Source: an uncultured Thermoleophilaceae bacterium (GTDB lineage: Bacteria; Actinomycetota; Thermoleophilia; Solirubrobacterales; Thermoleophilaceae). From it: DNA of 64,000 bases. A model generated the notes under the pieces. That model did no database searches. It worked only from the letters and a program-made list of their open reading frames with translations, and was not told the origin of the DNA. A program made the translations under genes and the position numbers. The stretch spans positions 52,439 to 116,438 of the forward strand of contig CAVYPF010000003.1 in NCBI GenBank assembly GCA_963770325.1. The letters are read 5' to 3'. Positions within the stretch are counted from its first letter, which is position 1. Each line of letters opens with the position of its first letter. Below are positions 53,244 to 64,000 of this stretch, piece by piece.

Positions 53244-53260
53244 CGCTTACGTACCGTAAG
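53244..53260. promoter_or_regulatory. Inverted repeat GCTTACG-TAC-CGTAAGC upstream of the CMD-hxlR pair, candidate operator
   Basis: Read directly. Lies 19-35 nt upstream of the CMD start codon (53225). Confidence 0.35.
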
Positions 53261-53414
53261 CAAATCTTAGACCTGGCGGTCCCTACCTCACCTGGATGAC
53301 CCGAGCGGGCCTGGGGCAAACGCGAGGCGTCGGCTATGTCCCGCTTTGTTCCTCGATTCCTGACCCGATCGAGGGCAACTTCCCTGCATTTACCGCCGTA
53401 GCGGTAAGCGGCCC

Positions 53415-54158
53415 TCAGCCGCGTGTGTAGGGGAAGGCCTGGCCCGGCGCCGCCTGGCGCACCAGCTGAGCGCCTCCGGGGTCGAGCACCCAGGTGCTCG
53501 TGTCGAGCGATGCCGGGGCGCAGCCTGGTGGCCCGAAGAAGGTCTGGATGGTGCCGCTGTAGCGGCCGGGCGCCACCGGCCGCATGCGCCAGACCACCGT
53601 GCCCGCAGCCACGGTGCAACCGTTCGCGATCGCGTACGACTCGCGCGCGCGACCGACGTAGAGCGAGCCCTCCTGCGCGACCACCAGCCCGGCGCCGTTC
53701 CGGACCCAGGTGCCCAGCACCGGATCGGTCGGGCTGAGCGGGGGCCGCACGCGCGTGAAGCTGCTCGGTGGGGGGCGGTGGCCCCCCGGCAGGCGCGAGG
53801 ACTCCGCGAAGGTCAGATCGCTCGACTCGGTGATCGTCGAGGAGACCAGGGCCCGCCGGCAGGTCGATCCGACGACGGCCACCTTGCCCCGCCAGTAGTC
53901 CACGCCGCCGCGCGTGCCGTGGAAGCGGTAGCCGCGGAACAGCTGCGTCCCCTTCCGCTCCACGCAGTGGCCCACCCTCACGCTGGCGAGCGAGCTCCCG
54001 TAGATGGCGCCCGCGTGGCTGACGAAGCGGTAGCGGTGGCCGTGATAGCTCCAGTCGCCGAGCAGCTGGTAGCGCGGCGGCGCGGCGGGCGCGGCCACGG
54101 CAGAAGGCGCCGCGGCGAAGCAGCAGGCGAGCGTGAGCAGCGCGATGGCCCGTCGCAC
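53415..54158 (-). CDS. Secreted hypothetical protein with an internal duplication
   Basis: Signal peptide MRRAIALLTLACCFAAAPSAVAA. Two related halves each carry a Cys pair and a ..Y.G.. pattern. Confidence 0.6.
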   Translation of the reverse strand: MRRAIALLTLACCFAAAPSAVAAPAAPPRYQLLGDWSYHGHRYRFVSHAGAIYGSSLASVRVGHCVERKGTQLFRGYRFHGTRGGVDYWRGKVAVVGSTCRRALVSSTITESSDLTFAESSRLPGGHRPPPSSFTRVRPPLSPTDPVLGTWVRNGAGLVVAQEGSLYVGRARESYAIANGCTVAAGTVVWRMRPVAPGRYSGTIQTFFGPPGCAPASLDTSTWVLDPGGAQLVRQAAPGQAFPYTRG

Positions 54159-54196
54159 GCGCTCATTGGATCAGAAAGCGCGGAAGGGCGCGAGCG

Positions 54197-54466
54197 CTAG
54201 CCGTGCGCGGTGAGGATGGCCATGAGGATCAGCACGATGCCCAGCAGCACCGCATACATCGCGATCCGATCCGGCCGGGCCGACATGCGAGTGACCGTGG
54301 GAGACGGCCTGCGCCGCGGCGGCGTGGCCTGACCCGTGATCTTGACGGTCCTGCGCTCGGTGTAGCGCGGGAAGGGGTAGACCTCGGCTACGCGCCCGTC
54401 CTGCTCGCGTGCTGCCGTCTCATCATCGCCCCGAAGTTGTGGCCGAGCTTGGCTCATGCGCTCCAA
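54197..54466 (-). CDS. Small C-terminally anchored membrane protein, hypothetical
   Basis: 89 aa ending in a TM segment (IAMYAVLLGIVLILMAILTA). Confidence 0.45.
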   Translation of the reverse strand: MERMSQARPQLRGDDETAAREQDGRVAEVYPFPRYTERRTVKITGQATPPRRRPSPTVTRMSARPDRIAMYAVLLGIVLILMAILTAHG

Positions 54467-54544
54467 CGGCGGCGGACCCTACCACGAAGCGGGGACGGAA
54501 GTGAACGGCGTTTGGGCAGCAAAAGGCCCAAAATGCTCGCTGGA

Positions 54545-55030
54545 CTACTTACCGGCGACGGCCGTCACGAAGGCGGCGACATCCGCCGCGTTGCTGCCCT
54601 GGAGTAGACCCGACGGCATCCGACCCTGGCCGGTGCCGCCGATCTTGATGGCGCTGAGCACTCGTGCCGGCGTCATCGCGCCAATGCGGTCGAGGTCCGG
54701 GCCGATCACCCCTCGGGCGTTCACGGCGGCGAGCGTGTGGCAGCTCGCGCAGGTGGCGCGGAAGAGGGTCTTGCCGTTCTGCACGTTGCTCGACGGGATC
54801 ACCGTCTGGAGGTGGTTGGTGGCACCCGCGGCGTCGCTGCGGCTGGACAGGATGATCGCCGGCACCGCCACGCCCACCCCGGCGTAGATGATCACGATCG
54901 CCACCTTGAAACCCGTGCTCGCGCGCGTGAGATAAGCCTCGCGGGCGCGGCCCGGGCCGCCGCTGAAGCCGATGTACAACACCCCGATGCCGATGAGCAA
55001 CCAGGGGATGAGGAAGATGAGGACGTACAT
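54545..55030 (-). CDS. Membrane-anchored class I c-type cytochrome
   Basis: Two N-terminal TM segments, a heme motif CASCH and a distal Met region (GQGRMPSG). Confidence 0.8.
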   Translation of the reverse strand: MYVLIFLIPWLLIGIGVLYIGFSGGPGRAREAYLTRASTGFKVAIVIIYAGVGVAVPAIILSSRSDAAGATNHLQTVIPSSNVQNGKTLFRATCASCHTLAAVNARGVIGPDLDRIGAMTPARVLSAIKIGGTGQGRMPSGLLQGSNAADVAAFVTAVAGK

Positions 55031-55069
55031 CCGCGCCGGGATGCTAATGAAGCGCGCCGATGTCCGCCC

Positions 55070-55954
55070 TCACGAGGAAGGGCGGATCCGCGCCGAGCGC
55101 CCTTCCCGGGGGCGGCGGCGCTTGGCGCGGCGGCGGCCGCCGGACCCGCAGCCACGGGTCCCCTCGGCCTGGCCGGCATCCTGGGAGTCCAGCTCGTCCC
55201 GCACGTCGTCGACCGACTGGCGGATGAGACGGGACACGTGCATCTGCGAGATGCCGACGCGGTCGGCGATCTCCGACTGGCTCAGCCCCAGGAAGAAGCG
55301 CATGTGCAGGATCGCCCGTTCGCGCTCCGCAAGGCTGCGAAAGCCCTGGCGCAGCAGCTGGCGCTGCTCGACCAGCTCGTAGCCGTCGTCCTCCTCGCCG
55401 AGCGCGTCGAGCGGGTCGCTGCCCTCCTCGTCGGGGTCCTCCCCGCGCTCGGAGAGCGAGATCGCCGTGTACGCGCGCGAGGACTCGAGTGCCTCCACCA
55501 CCTGCTCGGTGCTCGCACCGGTCGCCTGCGCGAGCTCGTCGACGTTGGGGGAGTGGCCGAGCCGCGTGGTCAGGTCGTCGACCACGCGGCCGAGCTTCAC
55601 GTTCAGCTCCTGGATGTCGCGCGGCACGCGGACCGACCAGCCCTTGTCCCTGAAGTGGCGCTTGATCTCGCCGAGGATGTTGGGTGCCGCGTAGGTGGCC
55701 AGCGTGACCTTGTGCTTGCCGTCGAAGCGGTCCACCGCCTTGATCAGCCCCACGCAACCGACCTGGGTCAGGTCGTCGATGGTCTCGCCCCGCTGCGCGT
55801 AGCGCTGCGCGAGCCGGCGCACGAAGTCCATGTGCCGCTCGATCAGCTCCTGACGGGCGCGCACGTCGCCATCGTCGTGATAGCGGCGCATGAGGTCGTC
55901 ATCGTCGGCAGAGCCGTAGAGCACGGCCCCACCCGCTCCAGTGTGAACGCTCAT
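55070..55954 (-). CDS. Group 3 sigma factor (SigB/SigF-like)
   Basis: ..LTQVGCVGLIKAVDRFD..LATYAAPNILGEIKRHFRDKGWSVRVPR.. and region 4 LSQSEIADRVGISQMHVSRL. ATG at 55954 chosen. Unusual basic C-terminal tail. Confidence 0.85.
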   Translation of the reverse strand: MSVHTGAGGAVLYGSADDDDLMRRYHDDGDVRARQELIERHMDFVRRLAQRYAQRGETIDDLTQVGCVGLIKAVDRFDGKHKVTLATYAAPNILGEIKRHFRDKGWSVRVPRDIQELNVKLGRVVDDLTTRLGHSPNVDELAQATGASTEQVVEALESSRAYTAISLSERGEDPDEEGSDPLDALGEEDDGYELVEQRQLLRQGFRSLAERERAILHMRFFLGLSQSEIADRVGISQMHVSRLIRQSVDDVRDELDSQDAGQAEGTRGCGSGGRRRAKRRRPREGRSARIRPSS

Positions 55955-55964
55955 CGTGGCCCCC

Positions 55965-56396
55965 TCAGGCCGGGATCGCTGCTTCTTTGCGGGCGCGCTT
56001 CCAGCTGCCGAAGGCAGCGAAGACGTCACCCAGGCCGGGCAACTCGGCGTCGGTCGAGGCCCGCTGCTGGTAATCGACCATCAGCAGGCGCTCCGGGCGC
56101 GCGCCGAGCTGCTCGGCGACCGCGCGGATGGCGCCGCGGACCTCTTCCGGCGATGCGTCGGCGCCCTCACGACGCTGCGCGCGGTGGGCGAAGACGCCGG
56201 CGGCGGTGCCGCGCGCGCCGGGCGTCGCGGCGGGGCTGGAACGGGCGCGCCCCGTGCCGATCAGCAGCCGGCAATGGGGGCAGCGCGTGGGAATGTCCGG
56301 CCAGGACCTCCCCACCTTGTGCTCCACCAACAGGAAGCAGTGCGGGCAGTACGCGTCGGCATCTGCTCGTGCCTTTTTCTCGGTGAGCTGTGCCAT
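55965..56396 (-). CDS. Zinc-ribbon protein with C-terminal homing-endonuclease-associated-repeat-like segment
   Basis: CPHC..17 aa..CPHC, then ..PERLLMVDYQQ..LPGLGDVFAAFGSWKRARKEA. GGAGG lies 5 nt before the ATG at 56396. Sits directly upstream of the SigB-like gene. Confidence 0.6.
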   Translation of the reverse strand: MAQLTEKKARADADAYCPHCFLLVEHKVGRSWPDIPTRCPHCRLLIGTGRARSSPAATPGARGTAAGVFAHRAQRREGADASPEEVRGAIRAVAEQLGARPERLLMVDYQQRASTDAELPGLGDVFAAFGSWKRARKEAAIPA

Positions 56397-56576
56397 CAGT
56401 CCTCCTCGGAGGTTCTTCGGGACCCGGATCGCCGGGCTCGCCTCGCCCCAAAGTTCTCGCCGCTCTTCGATGCCGCTAAACGCGGATTCGTCACCCGCGC
56501 GTGTGGTCCTATACCTCACGTGGGGTACCTAGCAGAGAGGGTCTGTCCGCATGCTGACGTCGCTGCTGGGCAGCCG

Positions 56577-57623
56577 TCAGGCGGCGAGTGCCTGGAGCTC
56601 GCGCTCCTCGGCCAGCCTGCGCAGGGCGCGCCGTTCGAGCTTGCGCACGCCCTCGGGCGAGAGCCCGATGAGCTTGGCCACCTCGCGCAGCGCGAGCGGC
56701 TCGCCACCGCCGATTCCGAAGCGCAGCTCGATCACCCGGCGGGCGTTCGGGTCGAGGCGCGATAGCGCCCTGCGGATCGACTCCTCCTCGAGCTCGACCG
56801 CCACCTCCTCGAGCGGGGTGGGCCCCTCGAACGGGATCAGCGAGCCGAGCTCGGCGTCGCCCTCGGAGCCCACCGGCGTCTCGAGGCTGACGGGCACGCG
56901 CTCGGCCGAGCGCAGCTCCTCGAGCTGGTGGACGTCCATTCCGAGCTGCTTCGCGACCTCCTCGGCGGTCGGCTCGCGGCCCAGCTGGGCGCCGAGCTTG
57001 CGCTCCACCGCGCGGACCTTGGTCAGCTCCTGGCCGATGTGCACCGGGATGCGGATGGTCCGCGAGTGGTGCTGGAGGCCACGCTGCATCGCCTGCCGGA
57101 TCCACCAGGTGGCGTAGGTCGAGAACTTGAAGCCGCGGCGGTAGTCGAACTTCTCCACGGCCCTGATCAGGCCGAGGATGCCCTCCTGAATCAGGTCGAG
57201 GAAGGGCAGGCCGAGCCCGCGGTAGCGCTTCGCGTTGGCCACCACCAGGCGCAGGTTGGATTCGATCATCCGGTTCTTCGCCTCTTGATCGCCGCGCTCG
57301 ATGCGCTTGGCCAGCTCGACCTCCTCGTCGGCCGTGAGCAGCGGGCGCTGGGCGATGTCGCGCAGGAACAGCTGGAGCGAGTCGCTGGTGGCGTCGGCCA
57401 TGTCGTTGGGCGAGTAGCTGGCCTTGCGCTCCTCCTTCGAGGAGACGTCGTCCTCCACGTCGATCCCCCGGCGCTCGGCCTCCGCGTAGATCGCCTCGAG
57501 GCCGCCGGGCTCGAGCTCGAGCTCCTCAACGGCCGACGCGATCTCGGAGAGATCCAGGGTGCCGGCCTCCTCACCCTTGCGATAGAGGGCGTCGAGAGCC
57601 TCGTTGGCGGACATCTCGCTCAT
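56577..57623 (-). CDS. rpoD: Principal-type (group 1/2) sigma-70 factor
   Basis: Regions 1.2-4 are present (..SLQLFLRDI.., ..[15 protein letters not shown].., ..[23 protein letters not shown]). Confidence 0.9.
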   Translation of the reverse strand: MSEMSANEALDALYRKGEEAGTLDLSEIASAVEELELEPGGLEAIYAEAERRGIDVEDDVSSKEERKASYSPNDMADATSDSLQLFLRDIAQRPLLTADEEVELAKRIERGDQEAKNRMIESNLRLVVANAKRYRGLGLPFLDLIQEGILGLIRAVEKFDYRRGFKFSTYATWWIRQAMQRGLQHHSRTIRIPVHIGQELTKVRAVERKLGAQLGREPTAEEVAKQLGMDVHQLEELRSAERVPVSLETPVGSEGDAELGSLIPFEGPTPLEEVAVELEEESIRRALSRLDPNARRVIELRFGIGGGEPLALREVAKLIGLSPEGVRKLERRALRRLAEERELQALAA

Positions 57624-57665
57624 CTTGCGCCCAGGATACGACCCGGCGCAACCGAACTGGACGGA

Positions 57666-58476
57666 TCAACCAGTGAGCAGCTCGCTACCTGCGTAGACGT
57701 TGAGGGAGTCGCCCCTCACGAATCCGCACAGGAGCATGCCCCGCTCACGCGCCAGGTCCACCGCCAGCGAGGACGGCGGCCCGACCGCCACCAGTCCGAA
57801 GATGCCGGCGAGGCTGGCCTTCTGCACCAGCTCGAACGAGGCGCGCCCGCTGACGCTGGCGAACACGCCGTGGAGCGGGAAGCGCCCCGCGCGCAGCAGC
57901 GATCCGATCGCCTTGTCCATCGCGTTGTGGCGCCCCACGTCCTCGCGGACCACTATCAGCCCGCCGCCGTGCTCGAACAGGCCGGTGGCGTGGAGGCCAC
58001 CGGTGCGCTCGAAGGCGTGCTGCTCCTTCCGCGCGGCGGGCGGCGCGGCCAGCACCAGCTGCGGGCTCAGCGTCGGCGCGGCGCGTCACCGGGGGCGCCT
58101 CCTGGCGCACGAACTCGAGCGCGCCCTTGCCGCACACGCCGCACGAGGAGGTGAGGTAGAAGCGGCGCTCGTCGGAGGGGTCGCGGCGCAGCCCGGACCG
58201 GGTCCGAACGTCCACGATGTTGGCGGCGAAGTCCTTGGTCGGCCCTACGTCGAGCACGTCCTCGGGCCCGCCGATCAGTCCCTCGCCCGCGAGGAAGCCG
58301 ACGGCGAGATCCTCGTCGTCGCCGGGCGTGCGCATCGTCACCGCCAGCGCCTCGCCGTCCACCCTGATCTCGAGCGGCTCCTCCACCGCCAGCTCGTCCC
58401 TCACGCGCTCGCGCTCGCCTGCCCTGAGCTTCTCGATCCAGGTCGCGGACACGTGCGGGTCGTACGCGGTGGCCAT
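57666..58476 (-). CDS. fdhD: Formate dehydrogenase accessory sulfurtransferase FdhD; apparent frameshift near 58070-58086
   Basis: The N-part (track 57745-58548) carries ..LTSSCGVCGK... The C-part (track 57666-58055) carries ..TGGLHATGLF..EDVGRHNAMDKAIG... They are in different frames. Confidence 0.8.
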
Positions 58477-58490
58477 GGTCACATGGTGGA

Positions 58491-58829
58491 CTACTTGAGC
58501 TGCGAGCGGGAAAACTGGCCCTGCAGGGTGGCCAGGCGCGAGTCCCACTGGGCGCCGACGTCGGCGATCCAGCCCACCGCGTCGGCCAGCGGCGCCGGCG
58601 TGACCCGGTAGCGCACCTCGCGCCCCTCGCGAGCGCTGGTCACGAGCTCCGCGGCCCGCAACGCCTCGAGGTGCTTCACCACCGCCTGGCGCGTGACGGG
58701 CAGCTCCGCGGCCAGCTCGGTGGCCGTTGCGGGCCCACCGTCGGCCAAGCGGCTGAACAGGCGTCGCCGTGTGGGGTCGGAGAGGGCGGAGAAGACCGCC
58801 TCCGATGGGTCCAGCGGCTCGGGGCTCAC
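58491..58829 (-). CDS. ArsR/SmtB-family transcriptional regulator
   Basis: ..[45 protein letters not shown].. Confidence 0.85.
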   Translation of the reverse strand: MSPEPLDPSEAVFSALSDPTRRRLFSRLADGGPATATELAAELPVTRQAVVKHLEALRAAELVTSAREGREVRYRVTPAPLADAVGWIADVGAQWDSRLATLQGQFSRSQLK

Positions 58830-59269
58830 GCGTAGGCGAGCGCGAGCGGTCCGAACGCGCTCGTTCCTCCGTCGACGCCGCGGCCGGGCAGCGGGATGCC
58901 GATCAGGTCAAGCGTCGCGAGCGGGCTGGTCTCGACCACGCGGACGAGCGTGCCTTCCTCGGTCTCGGTCAGCGATATCTCCACGCGCGTGGCCACGTCC
59001 TCTTCGTCGGGCCGGCGCCACCAGAACGAGAGCCGCTCGCCCGGCTCGACCTCCTCGACCCAGCCCACGCGCTCGCCGCCGTCGTCGAACGCGATCCGGA
59101 AGTCGCCTCCCGGCGTGGGGTCCATCTCGACCTCGCCGCCAAGCCACTCGCCCAGGCGCTCGGGGTCGGCGATCGCCTCCCAGGCCTCGTCGGGCTCGGC
59201 GGGCAGAAGCAGCTCCCGCTCCACCTGATGGATCACCACCGTCTCCGTGTGCGCCTTGCCGAGCTCCAT
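58826..59269 (-). CDS. SRPBCC (AHSA1/START-like) domain protein
   Basis: ..[18 protein letters not shown].. pattern. GAGGAGG RBS before the ATG at 59269. The stop overlaps the arsR start. Confidence 0.75.
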   Translation of the reverse strand: MELGKAHTETVVIHQVERELLLPAEPDEAWEAIADPERLGEWLGGEVEMDPTPGGDFRIAFDDGGERVGWVEEVEPGERLSFWWRRPDEEDVATRVEISLTETEEGTLVRVVETSPLATLDLIGIPLPGRGVDGGTSAFGPLALAYA

Positions 59270-59359
59270 TGGGTCCTCCTCGAAGTGCAACCTGTCAGTT
59301 GCGCTATCGTAGCAGCGAACGAGCAACCCTGGAGTTGCACATCAAAAGGAGGCCCCGGC

Positions 59360-59977
59360 ATGACACTCGTCCCCATGGTTATCGAGCAGACCTCGCGCGG
59401 CGAGCGCTCGTTCGACATCTACTCGCGGCTGCTCAACGAGCGGATCGTGTTCATCGGCCAGCCGATCGACGACCAGATCGCGAACCTCGCCGTGGCGCAG
59501 CTGCTGCACCTGCAGTCCGACGACCCCGACAAGGACATCTCGATGTACATCAACTCGCCGGGCGGAGTGATCTACTCGGGCCTGGCGATCTACGACACGA
59601 TGCAGTACGTCAAGTGCGACATCCAGACCATCTGCTTCGGGATGGCGATGTCGATGGGCTCGCTGCTGCTGGCGGGCGGCACCGCCGGGAAGCGAATGGT
59701 GCTGCCGAACGCACGCGTGCTGATCCACCAGCCCTCGGGCGGCTTCCAGGGCCAGTCCACAGACATCGAGATCCACGCCCGCGAGGTGCTCGCGCTGCGC
59801 GACCGGGTGGATGAGATCTACGCGAAGCACACCGGGCAGAGCGTCGAGCGGGTGCACGACGACATGGAGCGCGACCGCTTCTTCACCGCCGAGCAGGCGG
59901 TGGAGTACGGGCTCGCTGACCGCATCATCGAGACGCACCAGCTCACCCGGAAGCCGCCGGGCTTCAACGGGAGCTAG
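59360..59977 (+). CDS. clpP: ATP-dependent Clp protease proteolytic subunit
   Basis: ..[31 protein letters not shown].. includes the catalytic Ser/His context. AAAGGAGG RBS. Hidden at the end of an off-frame track ORF. Confidence 0.95.
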   Translation: MTLVPMVIEQTSRGERSFDIYSRLLNERIVFIGQPIDDQIANLAVAQLLHLQSDDPDKDISMYINSPGGVIYSGLAIYDTMQYVKCDIQTICFGMAMSMGSLLLAGGTAGKRMVLPNARVLIHQPSGGFQGQSTDIEIHAREVLALRDRVDEIYAKHTGQSVERVHDDMERDRFFTAEQAVEYGLADRIIETHQLTRKPPGFNGS

Positions 59978-61311
59978 CTGGCGATCCGGAAGCTGATCGT
60001 CTTCGCGGAGCTCTTCTGCCCGTTCAGGTTGGAGACCGCCCGCAGGTGGTAGCGGCCGTCGCTCAGCTTGTGGTGTCGCACGCGGCCCGTGAAGACGAAC
60101 GTGTTGAAACCGCCCACGTCCGTGTGCGTGAAGCTGCCGACCGACACGTAGCGCGTGCAGTGCGTGCCGTGCTTGCCGTGCCTGCGCTTCACACAGGTCC
60201 CGCTGCTGTTCTTGATGCCGCTGCGCGGCGCAAGCACCGTGAATGTCGTGGACGCCGCGAGGCTGTTCGAGTAGCTGATCGTGGTGCCGACCGTGCCGCC
60301 CGTGCTGCCGCCGTGGCTGGCTGCCACGAACGCCCTGGGCGAGGCCTTCAGGCTGCTCAGGGCCGGTGTGGAGCTGTTGCCTCCACCGCCGCCGGTCCCG
60401 CCTCCGCCACCGCCGCCCCCACCCGGCGCGGCGGGCAGCGTGTAGGTAATCGTGACCGACGGCACCCCGGTGTTGTCGATGGTGTACGAGGTGTTGGTCG
60501 TCCGCCCACCAGCGCTGGCAGGTGCCGACGAACTCGAGCCGGCTCCGCCACCGCCGCCGTTGGCAGCGCCACCGCTGCCAGTGGTTCCGCCACCACCGCC
60601 CCAGATGCCGCCGCCGCCGCCACCGCCGGCGCCCACCGCGCCCCCCGGAGCACCGTTCTGGCCCGCGCCGCCCGCGCCGATCGCTCCGTTGGGCGTGCCC
60701 GGGGCCGAGCTGGTCCCTCCATTGCCGCCGCTACCGCCGGGATTGCCGCCGTCGTTGGCGCCGGTGCTTCCGTTCTGTCCGGTCTGGCTGTCGATGTAAG
60801 AGGATCCGCCTCCCGAACCGCCGCCCGAGCCACCCCCGCTCCCGCCGCCGCCGCCCGCCAACAGGATTCCGCTGAGCAGGGCTCCCGAGGCCGAGCGAAT
60901 GTCCGACTCTCCGCCGCCCCCGCCGCCTCCGTGCCCCAGGGTGGGTCCAGTGCCGCCGACGCCGCCGCCGTTGAAACCGGCCGTCCCGGCAGTTCCGCCG
61001 CTCCCGTTCCCGCCGTTGCCGCCGACCTCGACGAAGAGGGTCTCGCCCGGCGTGGTCTTGACGTCCGCGGTCGCGACGGCCCCGAAGCCGCCGGCGGTTG
61101 AGTTACCGGCTCCCGTGCCGCCCTTGCCGCCGATCGCGACCACGTGGATGCTGGTCACCCCGTCAGGCACCAGGAACTGCTGCTCGGCGCCCGTGACGAC
61201 GAATTTCTTGACAGTGGGAGCCGCCTGCGCGACGGACTGACCGACGATCCAGGCGAGACACAGCGTCCCCAGGACGGCTGCGATCTTCGCCATCGAAAAG
61301 CGGTTGGGCAT
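59974..61311 (-). CDS. Secreted glycine-rich-domain protein (Gly_rich/ALK-GRD-like) with poly-Gly linker and basic C-terminal module
   Basis: Signal peptide, then [65 protein letters not shown]9-T-G5 linker follows, then the C-module shared with 1952-3805 and 61410-62762. Confidence 0.75.
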   Translation of the reverse strand: MPNRFSMAKIAAVLGTLCLAWIVGQSVAQAAPTVKKFVVTGAEQQFLVPDGVTSIHVVAIGGKGGTGAGNSTAGGFGAVATADVKTTPGETLFVEVGGNGGNGSGGTAGTAGFNGGGVGGTGPTLGHGGGGGGGESDIRSASGALLSGILLAGGGGGSGGGSGGGSGGGSSYIDSQTGQNGSTGANDGGNPGGSGGNGGTSSAPGTPNGAIGAGGAGQNGAPGGAVGAGGGGGGGIWGGGGGTTGSGGAANGGGGGAGSSSSAPASAGGRTTNTSYTIDNTGVPSVTITYTLPAAPGGGGGGGGGTGGGGGNSSTPALSSLKASPRAFVAASHGGSTGGTVGTTISYSNSLAASTTFTVLAPRSGIKNSSGTCVKRRHGKHGTHCTRYVSVGSFTHTDVGGFNTFVFTGRVRHHKLSDGRYHLRAVSNLNGQKSSAKTISFRIAS

Positions 61312-61371
61312 CCTTGCGGCAGCGCGCACGTCGTTCTCCAAACTGTCGGCTTCGACCTCGGGCGGACGCGA

Positions 61372-61393
61372 GCCTACCCCATACGGGGTAGGC
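61372..61393 (-). terminator. 9-bp/4-nt-loop hairpin between the two glycine-rich paralogs
   Basis: gcctacccc-atac-ggggtaggc, read directly. No U-tract. Confidence 0.35.
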
Positions 61394-61409
61394 ATGGCCA
61401 GTTGTCTTC

Positions 61410-62762
<1,353 letters not shown>

Positions 62763-62807
62763 ATGCGCCACCCTAACCCGTTTGGGGGAGGCGCGCCAGT
62801 TCGGGCG

Positions 62808-64000
<1,193 letters not shown>

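Overview
Very GC-rich chromosomal segment; third codon positions are almost all G/C. The gene content looks actinobacterial, possibly Thermoleophilia/Rubrobacteria-like: F420 biosynthesis, a PspC sensor module, a class E-type sortase, a WhiG/FliA-type sigma and a ydaO-type leader on a cell-wall hydrolase. The taxon is inference only. I support about 70 protein-coding genes packed almost end to end. I see no rRNA, tRNA, CRISPR array, transposase or prophage genes.

Main blocks:
- (1) An F420 cluster, npdG-cofD-cofC-cofE, with a LAL/LuxR regulator and fbiC. F420/flavin-type enzymes are scattered elsewhere.
- (2) A PspC-type envelope-stress module: response regulator, PspC-histidine kinase, a small membrane protein and a PspC protein.
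- (3) Ethylmalonyl-CoA/glyoxylate-type acyl-CoA metabolism. This comprises ccr, ecm and meaB, then MaoC hydratase, an Mcl-like lyase, an ACL/SucCD-like CoA ligase pair plus a mini-ferredoxin, and then SCP2, CaiB and an acyl-CoA dehydrogenase.
- (4) Housekeeping genes: folE, pckA, glnA, gltD, clpP, clpS, rpoD, fdhD, mobA and ogt.
- (5) Four sigma factors.
- (6) Two tandem glycine-rich secreted paralogs. They share a basic C-terminal module with a third secreted protein at the other end of the window.

Non-coding calls:
- A c-di-AMP (ydaO-type) riboswitch-like leader upstream of an NlpC/P60 gene.
- Several palindromic operator candidates, one of them present twice.
- Long hairpins built from tandem 7-8 nt repeats.

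Caveat: at least 13 apparent +1 frameshifts interrupt otherwise well-conserved genes. Most map to G/C homopolymer runs. Seven fall in ecm-meaB and several in a DUF559 gene. I cannot tell sequencing error from real decay using the sequence alone.

Many long ORFs in the supplied track are off-frame or antisense artefacts of the GC content and are not reported as genes.
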